Positions 9,486-19,684 of a stretch of DNA of 46,531 bases are shown here, one piece after another. Both the position numbers and the translations under genes were made by a program. Position 1 is the first letter of the stretch; every line of letters starts with the position of its first letter. The DNA comes from Candidatus Zixiibacteriota bacterium (GTDB lineage: Bacteria > Zixibacteria > MSB-5A5 > GN15 > PGXB01). Location of the stretch: NCBI GenBank assembly GCA_041306185.1, contig JBFZFV010000060.1, positions 1 through 46,531 on the forward strand, written 5' to 3'. Below the pieces are notes generated by a model, which had not been told where the DNA came from, did no database searches, and saw nothing but the letters and a program-made list of their open reading frames with translations.

Positions 9486-10853
9486 TTGGCGACGATTGAT
9501 TATATTATAATTCTTTTATATCTGGTTTCGATTCTTGCGGCCGGGTTGTGGAAAAGATCCGGCCGTGAAGAATCGGCCGGAAATTTCATTCTCGCGGGGA
9601 GGCAGTTAACCCTCCCCGCTTTCGTGGCCACCCTGGTATCGACCTGGTACGGCGGGATACTGGGGGTCGGAGAATTCAGCTATCGTTTCGGGCTTTCCAA
9701 CTGGTTTGTGTTCGGGCTGCCATACTATCTGGCGGCCCTTATTTTTGCGTTCTTTCTGGCCGGAAAAGCCCGCCGGGCCGAAGTGCTGACTATCCCGGAT
9801 CGCCTCGATGCCGTCTACGGCAAACCGGCGGCGGCGATCGGATCGATCGTCCTTTTTATCATGACCATCCCGGCGGCGTACGTTCTGATGCTGGCGGTAT
9901 TAATCGAAGTGCTGTTCGGCTGGCCGCTTTGGGTCGGGGTGCTGGTGGGGACCTTATTTTCAGTCATATACGTGCATTTCGGAGGATTCAATTCGGTGGT
10001 CAGAACCGATGTCCTGCAATTCTCTCTGATGTTTCTGGGATTTGCGATGCTCTTAGTATTTGCGGTGGCGAAATACGGAGGGCTCGGCTTTATAGAGGCC
10101 TCGGTTCCGCCGGAAAACCTCACCTGGCACGGCGGGAACAGCACCATCTATATTGCCATCTGGTATTTTATTGCTCTGCAGACTTTAATTGAGCCGTCGT
10201 TTCACCAGCGGTGCTATGCCGCAAAAAGCGAAAAGGTCGCCCGGAATGGAATCCTGATTTCGGTTTTATGCTGGTTCGTTTTTGACCTGCTGACGACCTC
10301 GTGCGGGATATATGCGCGAGCGATTTTGCCTCATCTCGACAATCCGGTGGCGTCTTATCCTGAGTTAGCCAGGGCAATTCTTCCGGTCGGACTGACCGGA
10401 ATCTTTGCCCTGGCTCTGCTGGCGACAGTGATGTCGACCATCGATTCTTATGCCTTTCTGGCCGCTTCGACTTTCGGGAGAGATATTGTCTGGCGGTTGT
10501 TCAAGGTCGGCGAAAACCGTATAACTTACTATACGCGGATAGGGCTGGTCGTTTCGGCGGTAATAGCGATTATAATCGCGCTTTTTTTTGAATCCATCGT
10601 GCAGTTGTGGCATCATTTCGGGTCGGTGGGGACTCCGGCGCTTTTGGTCCCGCTTCTGGCGGCATTTACCGGGAAGAAATACTATTCCGGGAGGGTGGCG
10701 GTCTGGTCGATCGTCCTGTCGGGAGGGCTATCCCTGGTCTGGTTGTTATCCAAGCACATGACCGCCGACGGTTCTTACTGGTTTGGAATCGAGCCGATTT
10801 TCCCCGGGCTGGCGGTTTCGGCGGCGATACTCCTCCTGGCACGTAAGCGCTAA
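9486..10853 (+). CDS. Sodium:solute symporter family transporter.
   Basis: About 13 TM helices and an SSF-like N-terminus (LAGRQLTLPAFVATLVSTWYGG). TTG start 4 nt after the receptor stop. Confidence 0.8.
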   Translation: MATIDYIIILLYLVSILAAGLWKRSGREESAGNFILAGRQLTLPAFVATLVSTWYGGILGVGEFSYRFGLSNWFVFGLPYYLAALIFAFFLAGKARRAEVLTIPDRLDAVYGKPAAAIGSIVLFIMTIPAAYVLMLAVLIEVLFGWPLWVGVLVGTLFSVIYVHFGGFNSVVRTDVLQFSLMFLGFAMLLVFAVAKYGGLGFIEASVPPENLTWHGGNSTIYIAIWYFIALQTLIEPSFHQRCYAAKSEKVARNGILISVLCWFVFDLLTTSCGIYARAILPHLDNPVASYPELARAILPVGLTGIFALALLATVMSTIDSYAFLAASTFGRDIVWRLFKVGENRITYYTRIGLVVSAVIAIIIALFFESIVQLWHHFGSVGTPALLVPLLAAFTGKKYYSGRVAVWSIVLSGGLSLVWLLSKHMTADGSYWFGIEPIFPGLAVSAAILLLARKR

Positions 10854-10932
10854 TAATCCCCTTGTCATCAGTGCTATTTTTCCGTAAATAGAACCGGGAC
10901 CGGTTGAATGAATCTTTTTTCCGGAGTGCGGT

Positions 10933-12105
10933 ATGTTCGATTTGAAGGCGATACAGGATTTTCTTAAGAAGGAAAAGCTCGACGGCTGGCTGTTAGCTGA
11001 TTTCCACGGACGGAACACCCTGATGATTGAATTTCTCGAGCTGGGTGGACATATCACCCGCCGGAATTTCTATTTTATTCCCTCGGATGGCGAGCCGACC
11101 GGGCTGATTCACAATATCGAACGAGACCGCTTTACTCAAGTTCCGGGGAATAAGATCTATTTTACGCCGTACCGCGATCTGGAAGAGCACCTGAAGAAAT
11201 TACTGGCCGGGAAAAATCGGGTGGCGATGGAGTATTCTCCGAATAACAGGCTTCCCTACATCGGGCTGGCCGATGCCGGGACGATCGAGCTGGTGCGATC
11301 ATTCGGCGTGGAGGTGGTATCGTCGGCGGATATTATCGGGAATTTCAAAGCCCGGCTGGATGAAGCTCAGGTAGAATCGCACAAGAAGGCGGCCTTTATT
11401 GTCAACGGCATCAAAGACAAGGCCTTTGCCTATATCGCGGAATCATTGAAAAGCGGAAAGGCGATCAACGAACGGATGGTGGTCGAATTCATCGAGCGGG
11501 AATTCGAAAGCGAAGGAATGATAAGGGATTTCGGGCCGATCGTGGCAGTCGAAAAAAATATCAGCAATCCTCATTATGATCCGCCGGAGCACGGTTCTTC
11601 CAAAATCGAACCGAATCAGCTGGTCCTGATCGACCTGTGGGCGAAATTCGATCTCGACAATGCCGTCTATGCCGACATGACCTGGATGGCATTTACCGGC
11701 AAAGAGGTGCCGGCCGAATATGCCAAAGAGTTTTCCATCGTGACCGGGGGACGGGATGCGGCGGTACAGTTTTTACGTGATAATATCGGCAAGAGCGCAG
11801 TGTTTGGTTACGAAGCCGACGACGCCTGCCGCAATTCTATCGCGGAGGCCGGGTTCGGAAAATACTTCTTTCACCGGACGGGGCATTCTATCGCGTCCGA
11901 AGTGCACGGCCCCGGGCCGAATATCGATAATATGGAAACGGAAGACCGCAGGAGGCTGCTTCCGGGGCATCTCTTTTCGGTCGAACCGGGGATTTACCTG
12001 GGGCCGCGAGGTTACCGCAGTGAAATCGATGTCCTGATAACCGAGAACGGCCCGGAAGTAACCACGCAGCCGATGCAGACCGAGATTATACCTTTGCTGG
12101 CATAG
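10933..12105 (+). CDS. M24-family Xaa-Pro aminopeptidase / creatinase-like peptidase.
   Basis: Creatinase-like N-domain and pita-bread C-domain with HRTGHSIASEVHGPGPNI and a final VEPGIY motif. Confidence 0.85.
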   Translation: MFDLKAIQDFLKKEKLDGWLLADFHGRNTLMIEFLELGGHITRRNFYFIPSDGEPTGLIHNIERDRFTQVPGNKIYFTPYRDLEEHLKKLLAGKNRVAMEYSPNNRLPYIGLADAGTIELVRSFGVEVVSSADIIGNFKARLDEAQVESHKKAAFIVNGIKDKAFAYIAESLKSGKAINERMVVEFIEREFESEGMIRDFGPIVAVEKNISNPHYDPPEHGSSKIEPNQLVLIDLWAKFDLDNAVYADMTWMAFTGKEVPAEYAKEFSIVTGGRDAAVQFLRDNIGKSAVFGYEADDACRNSIAEAGFGKYFFHRTGHSIASEVHGPGPNIDNMETEDRRRLLPGHLFSVEPGIYLGPRGYRSEIDVLITENGPEVTTQPMQTEIIPLLA

Positions 12106-12110
12106 GGACT

Positions 12111-12662
12111 ATGTACTTTACTCCCCGCATGGTGCAGACGGTGGCGGATCAGTACGGCTATCCGCCCGTGATAAATATGACCGCTCCGGTCGACCGCGAC
12201 GAATTCTATTTCATCAAATCGACTCAGTATTTCGGACGGTGTCACGATGTCACCATGTACATTTTCAAGGACAATCAAGTGATTGTCAATGCCAAGCACC
12301 ATTATCCGAGGGGGCTGTTTCGGGCTCCATCGGGCGGATTGAAACCGGGAGAAAGTTTCGAAGACGGAGTGTTTCGTGAGGCGTATGAAGAGACCGGGAC
12401 CATAATCGAACTGGATCGCTATCTTCTCCAGGTAAACGTTGATTTCGTTTTCGGCGATAAAAGCATCCCCTGGAGGAGTCATGTCATGACAGCTCGCTAT
12501 GTTTCGGGAGAACTCCATCCGATCGACACGCGGGAAATCCGCGAAGTGAAACTTGCAGATTTATCGGAATTCGACGATTTCCGACAGATTATCGAATATA
12601 TCGATTCCGGCGGGCTGAAATACCGCGCCCGGCTGCATGAAGAGGTCGTGAAACTGCTGTGA
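12111..12662 (+). CDS. NUDIX hydrolase.
   Basis: Nudix box GGLKPGESFEDGVFREAYEETG. Confidence 0.8.
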   Translation: MYFTPRMVQTVADQYGYPPVINMTAPVDRDEFYFIKSTQYFGRCHDVTMYIFKDNQVIVNAKHHYPRGLFRAPSGGLKPGESFEDGVFREAYEETGTIIELDRYLLQVNVDFVFGDKSIPWRSHVMTARYVSGELHPIDTREIREVKLADLSEFDDFRQIIEYIDSGGLKYRARLHEEVVKLL

Positions 12663-13195
12663 AATTGACCGTCGGCATGATGCTCGAGCCGTGGCTGGAT
12701 CCCCGGATCATAATCAAAGAGTCTGGAATCGAAGGGCGGGGAATGTTCGCCTCGGCGCCGATTAAAGCCGGTGAAAAAATCCTTCGCTGGGGAGGGATTG
12801 TGGTATCCGCAGAGGAATTGAAATCCGGCAAATTCAAATCTGAAACCGCCGCCATTATCGAAGACGGCATCTATCTTGTCGATATGAGTGACAATGTCAC
12901 CGCCGCGGCGGATTATTGTTTGAACCATTCCTGCGACCCGAACCTCTGGATGGAGGATGAAATCACTCTCGGCGCCCGCAGAGATATTTCGCCCGGGGAA
13001 GAATTGACTTCCGATTATGCCTTGTGGGAAACGAATCCATTGTGGAAGCTATTCCCATGCTGCTGCGGAAGCAATAACTGCCGCAGTAAAATCACCGGTG
13101 GCGATTGGCAGTTAACTGAACTTCGAGGACGCTATCGCGGTCATTTCATTCCGTATTTGAACCGGAAAATAAAACACGCTATTGATTGCCGGTAA
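12659..13195 (+). CDS. SET-domain protein (putative protein-lysine methyltransferase).
   Basis: NHSCDPN SET signature and a Cys-rich post-SET (CCCGSNNC). GTG start overlaps the NUDIX stop (GTGA). Confidence 0.75.
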   Translation: MKLTVGMMLEPWLDPRIIIKESGIEGRGMFASAPIKAGEKILRWGGIVVSAEELKSGKFKSETAAIIEDGIYLVDMSDNVTAAADYCLNHSCDPNLWMEDEITLGARRDISPGEELTSDYALWETNPLWKLFPCCCGSNNCRSKITGGDWQLTELRGRYRGHFIPYLNRKIKHAIDCR

Positions 13196-14045
13196 ATTCC
13201 ACGATACTTTCTTCCAGAAGACTATCGAATATGACAGGTGCATCCCACATAATAACGTGGCCGACATCGGGGACTATGTGTGCCCGGAATGACGGAACCA
13301 GTTTTTTGAAGGCCTCGATATTTGTCGGACGGGCATTGGAATTTATGGCGACCACCGGTACCTGCAATTTCTTCAAAGCCTGGCGGCAGTTATCGTTGGA
13401 CCAGTTCAAAGTCGCCCGGAGGGATTCTTCCCAGCCTTTTCCGGGCGCCCCCTTCAGTGTTGCCTTAATCTTTTGAAATGATTCTTCCGGGTTATTTTTG
13501 CAGAACGGTTTTATTTTCTCTATGGTCGGATTGGTTACCAGATCCATCATATAGGCCATGGTCTGGTCCATCATTTCCGTCGAGAAGTGCATATCGACAT
13601 CCTGCATATTGTCGACGAGGACGATTCCCAGGACAGGGTCGGGATTGGCATTGGCGGTTTCGACCGCTACCGGTCCTCCCATGGAAAACCCAACCAGGAC
13701 AACCTTCTGCAGTCCCAGTTTTGAGATGACGGCATTGACATCTCCGGCAAAGGCCGGGATGGACCATTCGCTGCGGTTGTTGCCGGACTGGCCGAACCCG
13801 GCCAGGTCGAGGGTCACCACGGTGTATTTTTTGGAAAAGTGCGCAACCTGCTCTTCCCAGATAGTCTTGTTGTTCGACCAGCCGTGGATGAATACCAGGG
13901 CCGGTTCGCCGGTCCCAAGTTTTTCAAATGAGATTTTGACTCCGTCGGGCGACATGGCGAAATTTCCGTCCCCGGAAGCGATGACTACTGCGGTTGAAAA
14001 CAGATAAATAGCCAAGCCGAATATAAATGACTTTTTAAGGTGCAT
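13179..14045 (-). CDS. Secreted alpha/beta-hydrolase-fold protein (lipase/esterase-like).
   Basis: Signal peptide and GFSMGG nucleophile elbow. GGGGG RBS. Confidence 0.8.
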   Translation of the reverse strand: MHLKKSFIFGLAIYLFSTAVVIASGDGNFAMSPDGVKISFEKLGTGEPALVFIHGWSNNKTIWEEQVAHFSKKYTVVTLDLAGFGQSGNNRSEWSIPAFAGDVNAVISKLGLQKVVLVGFSMGGPVAVETANANPDPVLGIVLVDNMQDVDMHFSTEMMDQTMAYMMDLVTNPTIEKIKPFCKNNPEESFQKIKATLKGAPGKGWEESLRATLNWSNDNCRQALKKLQVPVVAINSNARPTNIEAFKKLVPSFRAHIVPDVGHVIMWDAPVIFDSLLEESIVEFTGNQ

Positions 14046-14195
14046 TTGAACCCCCTAAAATTGAAAGGAAATTAATTTCCCCGCCGGGTTTGAAACCTTT
14101 CAATTTATACGGGGAAATTTGCCATATGATTAGGTTCTGTAACGGCGGATAAAATGTTCGAATAAACGAGATATCTTCTGATTGCCGAGGTGATA

Positions 14196-15395
14196 TTATG
14201 ACGGTTTAAGGGTGTCGACGGGGATTCTGTATTGATAAGGTTTGATAACAAAATCCCGGTAGTCGTAGGGGTTGCCGGTCATGCCGGCCTCGGCGGCCCG
14301 GGCGACATTATAGGCTTCGCGGGCCGTCATGTAATGCAATCTGAAGCCGGGATTGTCCCGATACTTCTTCTCCACCAGAGTCAGCATTTCATCCATTTCC
14401 GGGCCGAGGTTGGCTTCCATGCAACCTTTCTCGCACCCGTGAGTGTGTGGTCTGACAAATACCCAGTTGGGCCCTCCGAGAACATGAATATCCGCCTGAA
14501 CCCATTTATCGAACCGCTTAATACTCGGAGTCATATCGCAATATAAATCGCCGTCATCAATGGTGGGATGCAGGCCGAAGCGCCAATCGCTCCAGTCAAT
14601 GGCAATGGGGCCGGGAAATATCATAAGTCTGTCCGGACCGGGATCGATGCCGACGTGAGATATTTCCCCCTTATTATAGGATTTCGGACCGGGGTCGTCT
14701 TTGGCATAGAAGATTTTGTTGACTATGGCCGGCTGGGCGTCGGTGCAGAGGGCGGGAAAGGTGAAATCGGCGTAACAACCGAGCTCGATCAGAAGGTCGA
14801 TTTCATTATTTACTCCGCAAAAGTTTCTGCCGTTTTCTATGAGGGAATTATCCAGGGCGAAGTAACCGTGCACGAAAGCGAAGTGAATTTCGCCGTCTCC
14901 CGAAATCAGGGCCCCATGGGCCTGGAGAGAATCGATTCCGTCTCGGAATTTTTCCCGCAGGGATTCGGGAGTATCGTTGGCATGATGCAGGTGGACCTCG
15001 ATATCTCCGTATCCGCGGGCACAGATTCTAACCAGACTGTCGATCTGATATCCCTGGAATTGTTCGATGGGGTAAAAGAAAGTGCGCTGCAATTTGCGGC
15101 CGTCGCTGTCGATATGCTTATCCGCCAGGGCGGGATATTCCTGTGTCCATCTTCGAGTTCGCTCCAGGTTCTTTTCCGGCGACTTTCGCCCGGGTTCCCA
15201 ATGATCAATGACGGTGAAAATAATATCGACCGTGCCATCCATGCTGTTTCTGGACTGGGAGTTAAAATGATAGTCGCGGACCCACTTATGATATTTGCCA
15301 CGATAGATTTTCGTTATCGAAACCGCTCCGAGAATCATTATTCCTGCGGCCACGAAAAAGAATAAGTATCGACGCGCTCTTTTGCCGGCAATCAT
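14196..15395 (-). CDS. Membrane-anchored hypothetical protein, possibly a polysaccharide-deacetylase-like hydrolase.
   Basis: 399-aa ORF with an N-terminal TM helix and several His-rich motifs (EVHLHHAND, HTHGCEKGC). No confident family assignment. Confidence 0.55.
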   Translation of the reverse strand: MIAGKRARRYLFFFVAAGIMILGAVSITKIYRGKYHKWVRDYHFNSQSRNSMDGTVDIIFTVIDHWEPGRKSPEKNLERTRRWTQEYPALADKHIDSDGRKLQRTFFYPIEQFQGYQIDSLVRICARGYGDIEVHLHHANDTPESLREKFRDGIDSLQAHGALISGDGEIHFAFVHGYFALDNSLIENGRNFCGVNNEIDLLIELGCYADFTFPALCTDAQPAIVNKIFYAKDDPGPKSYNKGEISHVGIDPGPDRLMIFPGPIAIDWSDWRFGLHPTIDDGDLYCDMTPSIKRFDKWVQADIHVLGGPNWVFVRPHTHGCEKGCMEANLGPEMDEMLTLVEKKYRDNPGFRLHYMTAREAYNVARAAEAGMTGNPYDYRDFVIKPYQYRIPVDTLKPS

Positions 15396-15688
15396 TGGAT
15401 TTCACCAGGTCATTATTGCAGTTTTAAGTTATATCGGCAAAGCTCGGCAATAATATCCATGATTGTTATACCCAAACGCAACAAACTTAAAAATAACTAG
15501 CGGACCACCTGGTCGGGGGCGAGTGATGGCTTCATTCCAATCCATCGTGGGCAAGTTATCGGCGTATATGTGGGGCGGGACAGGGCCGCGACGCGTGAAA
15601 TCGCTTGACGGTTCGGGGAAAAAGGCTATATTGAAAAGCTATATTATTTGGAAAATTAAATTATAGAATGATAAATTAGGATACTAAG

Positions 15689-15841
15689 ATGAAACGCACA
15701 TTCCAGCCGTCGAATCGGAAGAAGCTGAACGACCACGGATTTCGGAAGCGGATGGAGACTCGTCAGGGACGCCAGGTATTGGCCCGGCGCCGTGCCAAAG
15801 GGCGGAAGCGACTGACAGTTTCCATAAAAAAGAAAAAATAA
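15689..15841 (+). CDS. rpmH: 50S ribosomal protein L34. Not in the ORF track because it is under 60 aa.
   Basis: I translated this by hand: [50 protein letters not shown]. Canonical L34 sequence, directly upstream of rnpA. Confidence 0.9.
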   Translation: MKRTFQPSNRKKLNDHGFRKRMETRQGRQVLARRRAKGRKRLTVSIKKKK

Positions 15842-15843
15842 CC

Positions 15844-16170
15844 TTGGCCCGTCATAGTCTGAAGGGGAGTAAGATTATTCAATCCCTTTTAAAATCCGGA
15901 AAAGGCAGACGAAGCGGGCATTTGATTTTGTATCACCAAAGGCTGCCTGAATTCGCAAACGATTACGCCGGGGCTTATTTAATTCCGAAAAGTGCGGGGA
16001 CCGCAGTGGAACGGAATCGTCTGAAGCGGTGGCTTCGGGAGGATTTTCGGTTGCTGCAAAAGGAACATCCGATTTACGGAGCGTTCATTGTTCGCTTTTC
16101 CGGGACGGCGGCCGAGGTGGTTCACGGGGATTTGAGCGAATCTCTGAAGAAATTGATGGAATCGATTTAA
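15844..16170 (+). CDS. rnpA: Ribonuclease P protein component.
   Basis: [10 protein letters not shown] motif and conserved position after rpmH. TTG start 2 nt after the rpmH stop. Confidence 0.85.
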   Translation: MARHSLKGSKIIQSLLKSGKGRRSGHLILYHQRLPEFANDYAGAYLIPKSAGTAVERNRLKRWLREDFRLLQKEHPIYGAFIVRFSGTAAEVVHGDLSESLKKLMESI

Positions 16171-16174
16171 GTCG

Positions 16175-16426
16175 ATGGCAGTTAAGAATATATCAATATT
16201 CAGTTATCCCTTTCTGGCGATAATTTATATCTATCGATACACTCTCTCACCGATAATCGGAAACCAATGCCGGTTCTATCCGACCTGTTCCCATTATGCC
16301 GAAGAAGCTTTGAAAGAGCACGGAGCGCTCAAGGGTATCTGGCTGGCAATCAAGAGGATAGGCCGATGTCACCCCTGGCATGAGGGGGGTTATGATCCGG
16401 TTCCGGATAATGGGAAGATGGAATAA
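16175..16426 (+). CDS. yidD: Membrane protein insertion efficiency factor YidD.
   Basis: [15 protein letters not shown]...[13 protein letters not shown] signature. Confidence 0.9.
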   Translation: MAVKNISIFSYPFLAIIYIYRYTLSPIIGNQCRFYPTCSHYAEEALKEHGALKGIWLAIKRIGRCHPWHEGGYDPVPDNGKME

Positions 16427-16440
16427 ACGAGGATAGTTCA

Positions 16441-18210
16441 TTGGAAAAGAAAACGATTATTCTGGTAGTGGCGCTGGGGCTTCTGGTAATATTCTGGGTC
16501 CCGATAATGACAAAACTGGGGCTGATTGAACCCCCGAAACCGAGGCCGATCGAACAAGAGCAGGCGGCAACCTCACAGCCGCCTCAGGATACTGCCTCGC
16601 AACCTCAGCAACAGTCAGGTTCGACCACTCCGCCTCCTCCCTCGGGAATGCCGCCGAGGGATACCTCGAAGATTGTCAATCTCGAGCAACCGGAACCATT
16701 CGCAGACATCCCCGCCGAGACATTATTCGTGGAAACCAATGTCTGGGATATAGTTATGACTAACCGTGGAGGCGGACCGGTATCGCTTAAACTGAAGGAG
16801 TATCACTACTATCATCAGGAAGACAGTCTGGTCGAATTGCTTCCGTTTTGCGAACGACCGGTTCCGATGCTGGCTTTTAATAATGGGACTTTTGACGCCA
16901 ATCGTTTGGTTTACGAAACAAGTCTCCAGCCGGGAACTTACCGGGTAACCAGTGATCCGCTGGAAATCACTTTTCGGCATGTCGCCGACAACGGCGGGGC
17001 GATTATCAAGAAGTATCGCTTCTACCCGGATCGCTACGATTATGATTTGATTGTCTCGGGCGACAATATCATGCCGTTCAATTTCGGCAGCGAATATTCT
17101 CTGGTCTGGGATAATGGCTTCATTCCGACCGAACCGGACCCCAACGACGATTACAGTTACTTCTGGGCGATGGCGCAGATGGGGACGGAGCGGGAAAAAT
17201 TTGACGACTACGACGACAATAAGTTCAGCCTGACTCACGACGGTGAAACGCGATGGATCGCCAAGCGGTCGAAGTTTTTCTCGGCGATAATGGCGCCGAG
17301 GTCTCAGTATGGCACGGCGGCCATCGCGACCGGGCAAAAATTCCCGGTAACGATCAACGGGCAGAACATAACCGCCCGGATGCTGTCCATCGGGCTGGAA
17401 ATGGCCCTGCCGTACGCTCAGAATTTCAGCGACAGCTTTTCGGTATTCGCGGGGCCGGTCGATTATGAACTTCTGAAAAATTTCAATCCGGAAGTGACCG
17501 ACATCCTCGATATCGGGACCACTCCGTACGTGGGCTGGATAGTCAAAATATTCGCCGTTCCCATCATGTGGTTATTGCCCCGGATGTACGATTACGTTCC
17601 GAATTACGGGTTCGTCATCCTGCTGTTCGCATTGGCCATCAAGCTGATGACCATGCCGCTTTCGAAACGGATGGTGCGGTCGATGTCGGCGATGCGGGAT
17701 CTTCAGCCTAAAATGGAAGAGCTGAAGAAAAAGCACAAGAATAACCCGCAGGCGCTCAATCAGGCAATGATGAAGCTGTACAAGGAAGCAGGGGTAAATC
17801 CGCTTTCGGGGTGTCTCCCTTACCTGCCGCAGTTGCCCCTCTTTTTCGCGCTGTTCGCGGTGTTTCGCTCGACCGTTCTCTTGCGGCAGGCGCCGTTTAT
17901 TCTCTGGTGGGACGATCTTTCGCGCGGGGCGCAGGCGATAACCGATCCATACATTATCCTGGTTCTTCTGATGGTGGGGCTGATGTTCGTGCAGCAAAAG
18001 ATGACCATGACCGACCCCAAGAACAAGGCGCTGGTGTACTTAATGCCTTTGATTTTCGGGTTCTTCTTCTATAAGGCTTCGGCCGGGCTGGTGCTGTACT
18101 GGACCAGCTTCTCGCTTTTCTCCTGGATCGAACAGCTGGTGTTCGGGCGTCCGAGTCCGGCGGCCTCTATGGGGGCGGCGCCACCCGTGAAATCAAACGG
18201 CGGAAAATAG
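16441..18210 (+). CDS. yidC: Membrane protein insertase YidC.
   Basis: N-terminal TM, P/S/T/Q-rich linker, periplasmic domain, then the conserved 5-TM core (PIMWLLPRMYDY...LMTMPLS...KLYKEAGVNPLSGCLP). Confidence 0.9.
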   Translation: MEKKTIILVVALGLLVIFWVPIMTKLGLIEPPKPRPIEQEQAATSQPPQDTASQPQQQSGSTTPPPPSGMPPRDTSKIVNLEQPEPFADIPAETLFVETNVWDIVMTNRGGGPVSLKLKEYHYYHQEDSLVELLPFCERPVPMLAFNNGTFDANRLVYETSLQPGTYRVTSDPLEITFRHVADNGGAIIKKYRFYPDRYDYDLIVSGDNIMPFNFGSEYSLVWDNGFIPTEPDPNDDYSYFWAMAQMGTEREKFDDYDDNKFSLTHDGETRWIAKRSKFFSAIMAPRSQYGTAAIATGQKFPVTINGQNITARMLSIGLEMALPYAQNFSDSFSVFAGPVDYELLKNFNPEVTDILDIGTTPYVGWIVKIFAVPIMWLLPRMYDYVPNYGFVILLFALAIKLMTMPLSKRMVRSMSAMRDLQPKMEELKKKHKNNPQALNQAMMKLYKEAGVNPLSGCLPYLPQLPLFFALFAVFRSTVLLRQAPFILWWDDLSRGAQAITDPYIILVLLMVGLMFVQQKMTMTDPKNKALVYLMPLIFGFFFYKASAGLVLYWTSFSLFSWIEQLVFGRPSPAASMGAAPPVKSNGGK

Positions 18211-18220
18211 AACCTTATCC

Positions 18221-19630
18221 GTGGCCGGTAAATCAGTGCATGATACGTACGACCGCGAAGCGATCGCGGCTATAATTACCCCTCCCGGCGAGGGAGGGAT
18301 CGGGGCGATCCGCATTGCCGGGAACGGCTCGCACGAAGCACTGCGGGCAATATTCCGTCCCATCCATAGTCCAGGCGACAAATGGGAAAATTTCAGGCTG
18401 TACTACGGACACATGGTCGGGTCGGACGGGGAGGTCATCGACGAAGTCACCGCCGTGACCATGCCGGAAGATCAGTCGTACACCGGGCAGGAGCAGGCGG
18501 AAATATTCTGCCACGGCGGACAGGTGGTCCTGCGAAAAATTTTGGCAGAAATTACCGGACGGGGGATTCGTCCGGCCGAACCGGGAGAATTCACGCGGCG
18601 GGCGTTTCTTTCCGGGAGAATCGATCTGGCCAAAGCCGAAGCGGTGGCGGAACTGATCGCATCGAAGACCGAATATTCCTACAGCGTCGCGAAGAAGAAT
18701 CTTCTGGGGCAAATGTCGGATTATATCAACGATATCAGGGAAAACGCGATTCAACTTCTGGCGGAAATCGAGGCCTCGGTGGATTACCCCGAAGAAGACC
18801 TCGAACCGGCCGAACAGCTTAAACTGCTCGATCTAAACGACCTGATAATTAGCAAAACCAATGAACTGGCAATGACTTATCGCGGCGGGAAAATCATCAG
18901 GGAAGGATTCAATATCGCCATTGCGGGACGGCCCAACGCCGGGAAATCATCGCTGTTTAATCTCCTGCTGAATCAGACGAGAGCGATTGTGGCTCCGGTA
19001 CCGGGGACTACTCGCGATTATCTGACTGAATGGATCGACCTCGAAGGGATTGCCGTATCATTAACCGATACCGCCGGGCTAAGAAAGAAATCCGGGGAGA
19101 TTGAGAAGCTGGGGCAGAAAGCGGCACTGGAGATAATGAACCGGTCGGACTTGATTGTCTGGATTGCCGATGTTTCGCGCAAGCGTTGGACCGGAGAGCT
19201 TAAAACGGACCTGAAAGATTTCCCATATAGAGATAAGTTATTGATATTGCTGAACAAAGTCGACCTGATAGATGAGGCGTCGACATCCTACAAAAAACCG
19301 GCAGAAGCCCTGAGCAGAGCCCTGTATCTCTCCTGCAAGACCAAAAAAGGATTCGCGGAGCTGAAAAAAGAACTTCTTCGGCGAATCAAATCCGAAATGC
19401 CGGATCTGACCGACCGCCTGGTGGTAACTTCCGAACGCCACAAGCAGAAACTCGATATCGCCGGGAAAGCGTTTGAGAAAGCCGGGGAGCTGCTTCACCA
19501 GGGAGAATCTCCGGAGATAATCGCATTTGAGCTGAAGTCGGGAATCGACGCTATTGACGAAATCACGGGGCGTATATATAATGAGGAAATTTTAGACCGG
19601 ATCTTCGCGCAGTTCTGTATCGGGAAATAA
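18221..19630 (+). CDS. mnmE: tRNA modification GTPase MnmE.
   Basis: N-terminal domain (IAAIITPPGEGGIGAIRIAG), G domain (GRPNAGKSSLFN, DTAG, NKVD) and C-terminal CIGK. Confidence 0.9.
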   Translation: MAGKSVHDTYDREAIAAIITPPGEGGIGAIRIAGNGSHEALRAIFRPIHSPGDKWENFRLYYGHMVGSDGEVIDEVTAVTMPEDQSYTGQEQAEIFCHGGQVVLRKILAEITGRGIRPAEPGEFTRRAFLSGRIDLAKAEAVAELIASKTEYSYSVAKKNLLGQMSDYINDIRENAIQLLAEIEASVDYPEEDLEPAEQLKLLDLNDLIISKTNELAMTYRGGKIIREGFNIAIAGRPNAGKSSLFNLLLNQTRAIVAPVPGTTRDYLTEWIDLEGIAVSLTDTAGLRKKSGEIEKLGQKAALEIMNRSDLIVWIADVSRKRWTGELKTDLKDFPYRDKLLILLNKVDLIDEASTSYKKPAEALSRALYLSCKTKKGFAELKKELLRRIKSEMPDLTDRLVVTSERHKQKLDIAGKAFEKAGELLHQGESPEIIAFELKSGIDAIDEITGRIYNEEILDRIFAQFCIGK

Positions 19631-19668
19631 CTTTTCCGTAAGAAATGCAAATAATCCGTGAGGACGAA

Positions 19669-19684
19669 CGTTTCACGTGAAACA
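19669..19684. promoter_or_regulatory. parS centromere-like site, 15/16 match to TGTTTCACGTGAAACA.
   Basis: cGTTTCACGTGAAACA palindrome in the mnmE-mnmG spacer, abutting the mnmG ATG. Confidence 0.75.

Noticed and set aside
15396-15688. Expected dnaA/oriC immediately upstream of rpmH (ORF 15463..15666 sits there).
   Set aside because: No DnaA-like protein is encoded; the 67-aa ORF is compositionally implausible (GRGRVMASFQSIVGK...), and no DnaA-box cluster is present there. The neighbour is an unrelated membrane protein on the opposite strand.
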